From: Promethearchaeota archaeon
GTDB lineage: Archaea > Asgardarchaeota > Lokiarchaeia > Sigyniarchaeales > SOKP01
Reading direction: 5' to 3'
NCBI GenBank assembly: GCA_011364925.1
Contig: RDOA01000013.1
Span: 16,205-80,204 of the forward strand
DNA length: 64,000 nt
Under the pieces are notes generated by a model. That model worked only from the letters and a program-made list of their open reading frames with translations. It made no database searches and was not told the DNA's origin. Shown here piece by piece: positions 1 to 8,562 of the stretch. Numbering within the stretch: the stretch's first letter is position 1; the number at the start of each line of letters is the position of its first letter. The position numbers and the translations under genes are program-made.

Positions 1-927
1 GAAGAGATTGCCAGGAGGTTTTTATCTGGATTTCCTCCAGTTATTCAATTTCTTCTTAACCAAGGATATTTAGAATATCTTAATAAAGAAGAATTAGAAG
101 TGTTATTAGATGAGTTTGAGAATATTTTAGATAATCCTATATCAGATCTTCATGATGTCAAAAATTCAGCTATTCTTACAAATTTAACAGATTATTACTT
201 AAAACGAGGTTTGTACTATAATTTTGTAAGGTCAATCAAACTTGCTGCAAAAGAAACTTCGTTAGATAAAAGAACATTAAACAAACTCGGTGAAGCTTAC
301 ATTTTTTTAGAAAAATTCCATAAAGCAATTGATGTATTAAAAAAATGCATAGAACTCCCACCGTTTGACCCAAAACCATATTTGGAGCTCGCTTATATCT
401 ATGATGAGATTGGGGAATATGATAATGCTAAAGTTATGTGCAATACTGTTTTAAACTTTCACTATTATAATAAGATTGCCTGGATTAAACTAGGTGATAT
501 CTATATTCATAACAACGAATATGATAAAGCTATCGAAGCTTGTAACATTGCTTTAAGCATTGATGATCAAAATCCAATTCCATGGTGTACACTTGGTTCT
601 GCTTATTTCTATAAGGGAAAATATGAAAGAGCAATTGAATTGGTCAAAAATTCTATGGAAATCGATCCAAAATATGTAGATGGATGGAAAACTTTAGGAG
701 ATATTTACAGCACGATAAATGATCTTGACAATGCTATTGATGCCTATAGGACATTGACACTATTTCGCCCTACTCACATTGGCGCATGGTATGATCTAGC
801 GGAGATATACTTTAAAATGGAATTATATAACGAATCAATGAAAGCATGTAAAAAATGTTTAGAACTTGATTCGAAATTCGAGAAGGCATCAATACTTTTA
901 CAGAAATTAAAAGCCTTGAACATCTAA
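1..927 (+). CDS. TPR-repeat protein (5' partial)
   Basis: Frame is open from base 1 (EEIARRFLSGFPPVIQF...); tandem TPR motifs (W..LG..Y....Y..A...). Confidence 0.85.
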   Translation, partial: EEIARRFLSGFPPVIQFLLNQGYLEYLNKEELEVLLDEFENILDNPISDLHDVKNSAILTNLTDYYLKRGLYYNFVRSIKLAAKETSLDKRTLNKLGEAYIFLEKFHKAIDVLKKCIELPPFDPKPYLELAYIYDEIGEYDNAKVMCNTVLNFHYYNKIAWIKLGDIYIHNNEYDKAIEACNIALSIDDQNPIPWCTLGSAYFYKGKYERAIELVKNSMEIDPKYVDGWKTLGDIYSTINDLDNAIDAYRTLTLFRPTHIGAWYDLAEIYFKMELYNESMKACKKCLELDSKFEKASILLQKLKALNI

Positions 928-1701
928 ATTCTTTTTTAAAAACGCTTTAAAATCTTCCAGTATGATCTCTGAGTCAGAATTTTCGTATATTTTATTTTTT
1001 ATAAATGATTTTCTATAATCTAATATTTTTTTTTTGGATTTACGATATTTTGGATTACTTAGAAGTTCACCAACATATTTTCGTGTGATCACATCTAACA
1101 TCTCTCGAGTTGAGTTAGCGGTTTGGATTTGTAATGATTTATTACTTTTACTTTGTTTTTGAAGGATTGAAGCAATTTTATTGCTTAAATTCTCTGTAAA
1201 TTGAATAATATCCTCTTTTTCAGTGAGTTCATAGGTATCGAAAGGAGTATCCCATTTGTACTTATTGAATGTGTCAAATTTTTTGTATACTTTCTTAATG
1301 ACTTCATTTGGTATAGGTTTACCTCTTTCGTTGTTCCTTTTCAAACAAATGTCAAGAGGAGTTGAAATATGAATGATAAAGAATTTGATTTTTAAATCAT
1401 CAGCAATTGATTTTAAATCGTGTCGCATGCTTGAATAATAATTTAAATCGTCGCTAATAACGATATATCCTTTTAAAAGATTTTCTTTAACTAAGTCTAT
1501 GTTTTTTTCTCGTATTTGAGGTTCATTTCTATAATCAAAACTTTTAGGGAATGCGATATCTCTGATAGCGTCTGGATCGATAATTTTTACTTGTTTTTGA
1601 AAAGTCGACTCCAGTATTTCTTTTAACTTAATAGCAAAAGTAGTTTTTCCCGATGCAGGTAATCCTACTAAAATAATTAGAAAATTAGAGTTACTATTCA
1701 A
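907..1701 (-). CDS. pstK: O-phosphoseryl-tRNA(Sec) kinase / KTI12-family P-loop kinase
   Basis: LIILVGLPASGKTT Walker A; DDLNYYSSMRHDL and RNNERGKPIP motifs typical of PSTK; C-terminal helical domain. Confidence 0.75.
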   Translation of the reverse strand: MNSNSNFLIILVGLPASGKTTFAIKLKEILESTFQKQVKIIDPDAIRDIAFPKSFDYRNEPQIREKNIDLVKENLLKGYIVISDDLNYYSSMRHDLKSIADDLKIKFFIIHISTPLDICLKRNNERGKPIPNEVIKKVYKKFDTFNKYKWDTPFDTYELTEKEDIIQFTENLSNKIASILQKQSKSNKSLQIQTANSTREMLDVITRKYVGELLSNPKYRKSKKKILDYRKSFIKNKIYENSDSEIILEDFKAFLKKNLDVQGF

Positions 1702-1975
1702 TTAGATCCTCTTTATTAAATGTTTTTATCAGTTGAATTTTTTGTTTTCTCGTAAAAGTTTTAATCTCCATCTCTCTTTTCATGGCATCGCTTCTTTCAG
1801 AAAAGGTCTCAAAATACTTAAGCGAAATATTTTTCTTGCCCCGACAAAATCTAGCACCAGTTCCATTTTTGTGCTCTTCTAATCTTCTAAGAAGGTTATT
1901 AGTATATCCTGTATAGAATCGTTTTTTATTATTTTTCGCTATTGTTTCTAAAATATAGACGTAAAAAAGTGACAT
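1694..1975 (-). CDS. GIY-YIG nuclease superfamily protein (YhbQ/UPF0213-like)
   Basis: YVYIL...YTGYTNNLLRRLEEHKNGTGARF, A.KRE..IK motifs. Confidence 0.9.
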   Translation of the reverse strand: MSLFYVYILETIAKNNKKRFYTGYTNNLLRRLEEHKNGTGARFCRGKKNISLKYFETFSERSDAMKREMEIKTFTRKQKIQLIKTFNKEDLIE

Positions 1976-2184
1976 GCCAGAATCACTATTAATTAGATCT
2001 GTTTTCTTTTATTTATTTTTAATGGCAAATACTTAACCAAATACTTTCTACTGTTATATTTAGAGAGAAAAGTGTTCCTCTGAAATATATTATGTTTGTT
2101 ATCTTAAACAATTAAAAATTAAATTTATTAATAAAAACTTTTATAATTTTTAAAGGAAGATTTAGGTTTTTCTGGTGAGTTACT

Positions 2185-2823
2185 TTTCCTCTCGGTATAT
2201 GTCTAATTAAGTGGGATGAGGTTCTTGGTGGAAACATCCACATGAAGTTTCCGGAAGATTTAGATGTTCCAGATAATGTCGTTCAACAAATACAAATATC
2301 ACACAATTTTGTTGAGTCGTATATTACTATCGAAGAAAAAGATTGGAACTCAATTTCTTACTATAATGAAAATAAAGAAATTATCATCGTTATGGTTTTA
2401 GATAAATATGACGATAGCTCTGATTACACAGGTATTTTAGATGAATTTAAGAAAAAACTTGAATTAGATTTAACCGATTCAAAACTTAAAGAGCAACTGG
2501 AACAAATCTACAACCTTTCTTTACCTAAAGTATTTAGAACTCGAGACGAAGTAATAGGAAAACTAAGTAATGAAGTAGCTCAATTAAAGACATCAGATTA
2601 CGATTTAAAAAAAAGATTTGAGAAAATCTCAGAATCAGATCACCTTAAAGTTAAAAGTAAAATCCAATTCTTACTAGCTATTAATAATGAAATGGGGTAC
2701 AAAGAGTTAAAAGATTCCATTAATACCAGTAAAAGCTGGTTAGATACTGTGTTAAAAACCCTTTCTGAAAATAAAATCATCAGTTATAATAGTAAAAACG
2801 ATTCTTATTACCTTAATGTATAA
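2185..2823 (+). CDS. Hypothetical protein, uDENN/longin-like N-terminus plus C-terminal winged helix
   Basis: ORF track 2242-2823; frame open upstream to 2179 encoding FPLGICLIKWDEVLGGNIHMKFP; GGTGA at 2174-2178; C-terminal wHTH-like (SKSWLDTVLKTLSENKII...YYL). Start position uncertain. Confidence 0.6.
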   Translation, partial: FPLGICLIKWDEVLGGNIHMKFPEDLDVPDNVVQQIQISHNFVESYITIEEKDWNSISYYNENKEIIIVMVLDKYDDSSDYTGILDEFKKKLELDLTDSKLKEQLEQIYNLSLPKVFRTRDEVIGKLSNEVAQLKTSDYDLKKRFEKISESDHLKVKSKIQFLLAINNEMGYKELKDSINTSKSWLDTVLKTLSENKIISYNSKNDSYYLNV

Positions 2824-2924
2824 ATATGTTGAAATGCCTTTTTATAAAGAATTAGATTATTAAAAAGGCTACTATTCTATCTATCATACCATAAATTTAC
2901 TTTTTCAAATAGTTTTAATCAATT

Positions 2925-4058
2925 ATGAATCTTTCAGACGAAGAAGAGCAAGAAGTTTTAAAAGTAATGAGATCTCAGATGTTAACATTACTCCATGGAG
3001 AGTATGTTAAGAAGTTTGAGGAAGAATTCGCCCATTATATTGGAGTAAAACATGCCATTGCTGTGAATACTGGAACGGCAGCACTTCATATAGCAATAGC
3101 AGCGTTAGATATCGGTCCAGGAGATGAAGTTATAGTTCCACCATTTACTTTTATCGCTTCTGCTAGTTCTATCCTGCATAATAACGCAATTCCTATCTTT
3201 GCAGATATTGACGATAAATCCTACACTTTAGATCCAAATTCTGTCAGAGAAAAAATAACTGACAAAACTAAAGCAATAATTCCCGTCCATTTGGCTGGAA
3301 TTGGAGCAGACACGAAAGCTCTTACTGAAATCGCTGAAAAAAAAGGGTTATTCATTATAGAGGATGCAGCACAATCTATAGGAACAAAATGTTATAACAA
3401 AAAAGTTGGAGCTATGGGTCATCTTGGATGTTTTAGTTTTTATCCTTCAAAAAACATGACTACAGGAGAAGGGGGTATGATCACTACCAACGATGATTTA
3501 CTAGCTGAACAATGTCGATTAATAAGGCACCACGGTGAACCTGAATGGTATGTATATAATAGATTAGGTTATAACTATAGAATGACTGAAATCCAAGGGG
3601 CAATTGGGAGAGTACAGTTAAAAAAAATAAACGATTTCATTGAAGTAAGAAATCAAAATGCCCAGTATTTAACAAAAGCCACTTTAGATATCCCTGGAAT
3701 CGAACCACCCTTTGTACCTGACTATTGTGAACCCGCGTTTAATTACTGGATTGGGCGCATCAATCCAGACATATTAGGTTTGACGAAACCTCAATTTCTA
3801 AAGGTTTTTCCTCGAAGTAAAGTGTTATATCCAAAACCTCTTTATGAAACCAAAATATTTCAAGAAAAAATAGCGTATTCAAAAGGTTGTCCTTGGTCGT
3901 GCCCTTACTATGGGAAAAAGATCGATTACACAAAAATAAAATTACCAGTCGTAGAAAAAGTTACACAAGAAATATTCGCTTTAGACATCCATCCAAAAGT
4001 TACGAAAGAGATTCTTGACGAAAATATTGAAATCATGAGAAATTTATCAAAAGAATAA
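2925..4058 (+). CDS. DegT/DnrJ/EryC1/StrS PLP-dependent aminotransferase
   Basis: GTAALH, GDEVIVPPFTF, IEDAAQ, SFYPSKNMTTGEGG, GYNYRM. Confidence 0.95.
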   Translation: MNLSDEEEQEVLKVMRSQMLTLLHGEYVKKFEEEFAHYIGVKHAIAVNTGTAALHIAIAALDIGPGDEVIVPPFTFIASASSILHNNAIPIFADIDDKSYTLDPNSVREKITDKTKAIIPVHLAGIGADTKALTEIAEKKGLFIIEDAAQSIGTKCYNKKVGAMGHLGCFSFYPSKNMTTGEGGMITTNDDLLAEQCRLIRHHGEPEWYVYNRLGYNYRMTEIQGAIGRVQLKKINDFIEVRNQNAQYLTKATLDIPGIEPPFVPDYCEPAFNYWIGRINPDILGLTKPQFLKVFPRSKVLYPKPLYETKIFQEKIAYSKGCPWSCPYYGKKIDYTKIKLPVVEKVTQEIFALDIHPKVTKEILDENIEIMRNLSKE

Positions 4059-4070
4059 TCATTGGCATTT

Positions 4071-4343
4071 ATGAAAAGAATTATTATCCATGTGTATGGG
4101 CTTGTGCAAGGAGTATTTTTCCGATATACCACACGTAAAATTGCTCGGAACTTAGGAATAACGGGCATTGTTAAGAATTTACCCGATGGTAGTGTCTATA
4201 TTGAAGCTGAAGGTCCAGAAGATAAGCTAATAGAATTAATAAGGTTCGCTAAGAAAGGTCCAAAAGCCGCTAATGTCGAATTAGTTGAATTTGAATACAA
4301 GGAACCTCAGTATAAATTCAAAGGTTTCGAATACTCTTTTTAG
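4071..4343 (+). CDS. acyP: Acylphosphatase
   Basis: GLVQGVFFR and GIVKNLPDGSV signatures; ATG at 4071. Confidence 0.95.
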   Translation: MKRIIIHVYGLVQGVFFRYTTRKIARNLGITGIVKNLPDGSVYIEAEGPEDKLIELIRFAKKGPKAANVELVEFEYKEPQYKFKGFEYSF

Positions 4344-4394
4344 CTTTAGCGTTTTGGTATTGTGTATGCTCTAGGTATTATCTAAATATTATTC

Positions 4395-4781
4395 ATGATG
4401 ATAAATAATATTCTAATATTAATGATTATGTCATTATCATTAAAGAGGAATAAATTCCTTCAATTATTTGAAACTATTAACAATAAGAGCGTTAAATATC
4501 GAGGTCCTTTAATTTTAAGAATATTCGGCTTAATGAATGAACTAGAATTATCTAATGAGAATCGGTATATACTCTGTAATTTTATAGATCAAAATAGTGA
4601 TACATTCAATCTTAAAAAAGATATATACGATATTAGTAACGATGTATCTTTAAATCAACTGTTTCTCTTCGCGTATAGCAAGGCTAGAATAAATAACTTA
4701 ATTCCGAACTTATATTCCGAATATATTAATAGTGTTAACGCGCTCTCGCAAAAAATAGAGATTCAGACTATACTTTCATAA
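4395..4781 (+). CDS. Hypothetical protein
   Basis: 128-aa ORF filling the gap; true start may be a later ATG. Confidence 0.6.
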   Translation: MMINNILILMIMSLSLKRNKFLQLFETINNKSVKYRGPLILRIFGLMNELELSNENRYILCNFIDQNSDTFNLKKDIYDISNDVSLNQLFLFAYSKARINNLIPNLYSEYINSVNALSQKIEIQTILS

Positions 4782-4916
4782 GTCATAACTTTAGGAAGTG
4801 GGAATTCATTTTAAAAAAATTATTCAAAATTTATTCATAGTTTCGACATCAAAATGATTAATAAGGATAATTATTATTATGAAAATATAAAATATCATTT
4901 TATATGGTGAATTGGT

Positions 4917-5441
4917 ATGACCGTTGATTCTAACTATATTATAAAAATTTGCCTTCTCGGAGAAGCAAATGTCGGAAAAACCTCTTTAGTGTATCGTTAT
5001 ATTGAAAACAAGTTTAGGGGGAATTATAAAAGTACCTTGGGGGTAAACTTATTAAAGAAAGATATGCACTTGGAGGAGTATGGAAACGTATCTGCGCAAA
5101 TTTGGGATCTTGGAGGCCAAGAAAGTTTTCGAAGCCTTCGAAAGCTATATCTAGAAGGTGCAAATGGAGCTTTAATAATATATGATTGTACTAATAGAAG
5201 TAGTTTTGAGAAACTCGAGGACTGGATAAACGACTTCAAGGATGCAAGGGGAGATGAGCCTTTACTACTAATCGGAAACAAAACCGATTTGATAGACACT
5301 ATAAAAGTTCAAGAAAGCGAAGGTATCGACCTTGCGAAAAAATTTAACATGAAATTCGTTCCTACTTCCGCTAAGACGGGTTCAAATGTTGAAGACGCTT
5401 TTATCGGAATCATTAAAAAAGTGTTGGAAAAGAAAGTATGA
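4917..5441 (+). CDS. Rab-like small GTPase
   Basis: G1 GEANVGKTS, G2 STLG, G3 WDLGGQE, G4 NKTD, G5 TSAK; GGTGA 6 nt upstream of ATG; no C-terminal Cys. Confidence 0.95.
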   Translation: MTVDSNYIIKICLLGEANVGKTSLVYRYIENKFRGNYKSTLGVNLLKKDMHLEEYGNVSAQIWDLGGQESFRSLRKLYLEGANGALIIYDCTNRSSFEKLEDWINDFKDARGDEPLLLIGNKTDLIDTIKVQESEGIDLAKKFNMKFVPTSAKTGSNVEDAFIGIIKKVLEKKV

Positions 5442-5625
5442 ATTAGCTTTCAATATTTCACCCCTTAAAAAGGTTATAAATGTGAAAATGTAAAAAATAA
5501 AAATTAATGGCATTCATTTATAAATGCCTTTATAAATAAAAAATCATTTATAAAGAAATATCATTTTCACAAGAAATTAATTTTTCTTAATTAGTTCAAA
5601 TCATATTTATTAAGATTGATGTAAG

Positions 5626-6285
5626 ATGGCAGAAGAAGAAGAAGATTTTGATGAAGATTTCGAAGAAGAGGAAGAAGAAGAAGGCGAGGAAGAAGAAGGA
5701 TTAGACTACAAGATTGAAAATGTTGTAGCGACTGTTGTCGTCGAAATCACAGAAAAAATCGATTTAAATCAAATTGCTCGCAAGCACGCAGATGTTGAAT
5801 ATAATCCTGAAAGATTTCCAGGATTAGTTATGAGAATTGAGAAACCTAAAGCAACCATTTTAATTTTCTCAACAGGGAAGATGGTAGTTACTGGGTTACG
5901 AAAAGCTTCAGAAGCAGAAAGGGTCGTAGATAAAGTTGTGAAGAATATTAGAAAAGCGGGGATTAAAGTTTCCAATCCTGAAATCACTATTCAAAATATC
6001 GTAGCTAGTGGTGATCTCCATACAAATATAGATTTAAACATGGCGGCTATAGTTATGGAATATGCTATGTATGAACCAGAAGTTTTTCCTGGATTGATCT
6101 ATAGAATGCAAGATCCTAAGACAGTATTTTTAATATTCAGTACGGGAAGGATAGTTTGTACTGGAGCAAAACAAAAAGAAATTGTTAAAGAGGCTGTAAG
6201 TAAATTAAATATACAAGTACGGGAATTAGGTGTCGCTAAAAAGGAACTTGGCGATACTGATTACCAAGATATTACTTTCATTTAA
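5626..6285 (+). CDS. tbp: TATA-box-binding protein
   Basis: Two TBP repeats (IENVVA...YNPERFPGL...LIFSTGKMV; IQNIVASG...YEPEVFPGLIYR...FSTGRIVCTGAK). Confidence 0.98.
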   Translation: MAEEEEDFDEDFEEEEEEEGEEEEGLDYKIENVVATVVVEITEKIDLNQIARKHADVEYNPERFPGLVMRIEKPKATILIFSTGKMVVTGLRKASEAERVVDKVVKNIRKAGIKVSNPEITIQNIVASGDLHTNIDLNMAAIVMEYAMYEPEVFPGLIYRMQDPKTVFLIFSTGRIVCTGAKQKEIVKEAVSKLNIQVRELGVAKKELGDTDYQDITFI

Positions 6286-6301
6286 TTTATTTTATTTTTT
6301 T
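6286..6301 (+). terminator. Oligo-T terminator after tbp
   Basis: T-rich run immediately after the stop codon. Confidence 0.5.
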
Positions 6302-6425
6302 AAATTTACAGAATGATAGCATATTAAGGATTTATAAGTAAAAATTTAGTAGTTTTTGAATTTAGACTACCTATCAATTCAATTTAGCACAAATTTTCTT
6401 CGTTTAAGTGATATTTAATTTTTTA

Positions 6426-6905
6426 TTAATCTTGCTGAAATACAATCATAAACTCGCAATAACTCTTACCTGATTGTAAGCTACATTCTACTTCTTGTGC
6501 AAAACAATGTATGTTAGTCATTTTCTCGACTATACCTGCCAGAAGTCCCGCTTCGAAGGAACAAAAACTTCCTTCAGTTTTAATTCCTTTATTGATAAGA
6601 TCTTTTATTGAAGAATGGCCTTTAAGTCTCAACTGAACTATTTCTTCTGAACTCTCCGTTATTTCAACATCTCCAATGTTAAATTCAGCGATTTTCTCTT
6701 TAATCGCATTAGGTATCGTAGTAACATCACCAATCGGCTTAACATTCAAATGAGTCCCTAACTCGTGCCCTAAATAGTAAAATATAGCTTCCAACTGGTG
6801 ACCGAGAGCTAATAAAGCTCCCACCTTCATATCTCCAATCTCTTTTCCCTCTTTTAAATGGTTTCTCATTTGTACTAAAATTTTTGATAGTAATTGTCGA
6901 TCCAT
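6426..6905 (-). CDS. V4R (4-vinyl reductase) domain protein
   Basis: FCSFEAGLLAGIVE...EVECSLQSGKSYCEF is the V4R C...G...E..C....C.F pattern; ATG at 6905 behind GAGTGA. Confidence 0.85.
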   Translation of the reverse strand: MDRQLLSKILVQMRNHLKEGKEIGDMKVGALLALGHQLEAIFYYLGHELGTHLNVKPIGDVTTIPNAIKEKIAEFNIGDVEITESSEEIVQLRLKGHSSIKDLINKGIKTEGSFCSFEAGLLAGIVEKMTNIHCFAQEVECSLQSGKSYCEFMIVFQQD

Positions 6906-6932
6906 TTTTTTCACTCTCTTATTTTAAATTTA

Positions 6933-7223
6933 CTAAATTTTTACGGAGGAAATAAACCCATATAAAATAGCGTCAATGATATCTTCCTCCTGAATATTGA
7001 CGCTTAATCTTCTATCCGCTACAATAATCGTTGGTAATGATGTAATTTTATATTCTTTTGTTAATTGGTAGTTTTTTTCTACATCTATTTTTTCAACATA
7101 TAATTTCTTTCCAAACATTGAAATATTTATTCTCTTTAGCATTTCTTCGATCGGTAAGCAAGGTCCACAATGAGACGATGAAAAGAATAAAACTTTCGGA
7201 TAATCTTTCTGTAGCTTTTCGAA
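6933..7223 (-). CDS. Thioredoxin-fold protein (CGPC), non-standard start
   Basis: Frame of ORF 6933-7142 extends upstream through KVLFFSSSHCGPCLPIEEM; downstream KIDVEKN...YKITSLPT (cis-Pro loop). Confidence 0.85.
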   Translation of the reverse strand, partial: FEKLQKDYPKVLFFSSSHCGPCLPIEEMLKRINISMFGKKLYVEKIDVEKNYQLTKEYKITSLPTIIVADRRLSVNIQEEDIIDAILYGFISSVKI

Positions 7224-7265
7224 CTTAAATCACCATTAAATACTAAGAGATTAATTAATTATGTT

Positions 7266-7814
7266 TTATTGATCTTTATATTTCTCGTAAAGATTTTTAA
7301 TGATAGCTTGGAATGCTTCATACACGCCGCTTCCCGTTTTTGCGCTAGTTTTATAGTACCCTAGAAAATGTCTTTTATCAACTATTTCCTTTATCTTTTC
7401 ACTTTCGATGGAATGTTCGCTAATTAGATCGATCTTATTGCCGAATAATATAATAGGAATATTTCCACAATACTTTTTAATATCTTCGTGCCAATTCAAG
7501 ATATGATTAAAACTCTTCTCAAGTTCATTTGGTGCGTGTGAAAAAACTATAATAGCAGCTTTACTACCCTTGTAAAATGTAGGTCTCATAAATGAAAATT
7601 CTGCTTGGCCAGCAATATCCCAAAAAAATAATTTGACTGTGTTTCCTTCAATTTTTTCGTCGTATTTAGAGAATTGTGCTCCTAACGTTTTAATATACTC
7701 CTTTTTAAAACTTCCTTTAGTATATTTTTTAATTAAGGATGTTTTACCTACACCACCGTCTCCAATTACAGTAATTTTGAATACAAAATCCTTCCGTTCG
7801 TCCTCATCACTCAT
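7266..7814 (-). CDS. Rab-like small GTPase
   Basis: GDGGVGKTS, KTLG, WDIAGQ, NKID, TSAK. Confidence 0.95.
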   Translation of the reverse strand: MSDEDERKDFVFKITVIGDGGVGKTSLIKKYTKGSFKKEYIKTLGAQFSKYDEKIEGNTVKLFFWDIAGQAEFSFMRPTFYKGSKAAIIVFSHAPNELEKSFNHILNWHEDIKKYCGNIPIILFGNKIDLISEHSIESEKIKEIVDKRHFLGYYKTSAKTGSGVYEAFQAIIKNLYEKYKDQ

Positions 7815-7998
7815 AAAATCACATTATAGTTTTTATTCAATATCTATTTACGGTCTCTTATACATCTTTAAAATATAAATTATAAATATTATTTTTTATT
7901 TATATTGCTTTTTATTATTAAATAGTTTGCTTTAAATCTTCAAGATTTTTAGTATATTAACCAGATAAATGTAATTTCCATAGGGTAATAGAATCATC

Positions 7999-8475
7999 AT
8001 GGACAGTTTAGATGTCATAGAAGAAATTATCGCGAAATTTACAAAGCATAAAATTACTTTAGCAGTTGCAGAATCTTGTACAGGAGGGTACATTTCGAGT
8101 ATGATAACCAATGTTTCTGGTGCTTCTAATGTATTTGAACGTGGTATAGTTTGCTACAGTAATTCATCAAAAATGGACCTCTTGAATATTAATCCCGATT
8201 ATTTGATCCAATTTGGAGCTGTATCGGAAATTGTCGCCAAACATCTGGCTAACAACATTCGAATCCTTTCAAATGTCAATATTGGAATTGGGGTTACTGG
8301 AATAGCAGGACCTACTGGAGGTACACCCGAAAAACCAGTAGGGTTAGTTTATATAGGATTTTCAACAGAAAAAGAAACTATAGTAAAAAAATATCAATTC
8401 CAAGCTGATCGGATTAACTTCAAAAAAGCGGTCTTAAATGAAGTCCTTGCATTTCTCCAAAATTTAGAATTTTAA
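7999..8475 (+). CDS. cinA: CinA/PncC-type nicotinamide mononucleotide deamidase
   Basis: AESCTGG, GAVSE, TGIAGPTGGTPEKPVGLV. Confidence 0.92.
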   Translation: MDSLDVIEEIIAKFTKHKITLAVAESCTGGYISSMITNVSGASNVFERGIVCYSNSSKMDLLNINPDYLIQFGAVSEIVAKHLANNIRILSNVNIGIGVTGIAGPTGGTPEKPVGLVYIGFSTEKETIVKKYQFQADRINFKKAVLNEVLAFLQNLEF

Positions 8476-8562
8476 TCTTAATTTGTTTTCATTTTCTATT
8501 ATTTTCATATCTTTTTATAGATTGAGTCGAAAGAATTAATACAAACTAAGAATGTTGAGCTT

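Noticed and set aside
1694-1975. GIY-YIG gene as a homing endonuclease or mobile element
   Set aside because: 93-aa stand-alone form with no DNA-binding extension, intron context or flanking repeats.
7230-7238. Selenocysteine read-through of the in-frame TGA upstream of the thioredoxin (and at 2176)
   Set aside because: A TAA lies two codons further upstream of the thioredoxin TGA, no start is gained, and in both cases the TGA is part of the GGTGA Shine-Dalgarno motif.
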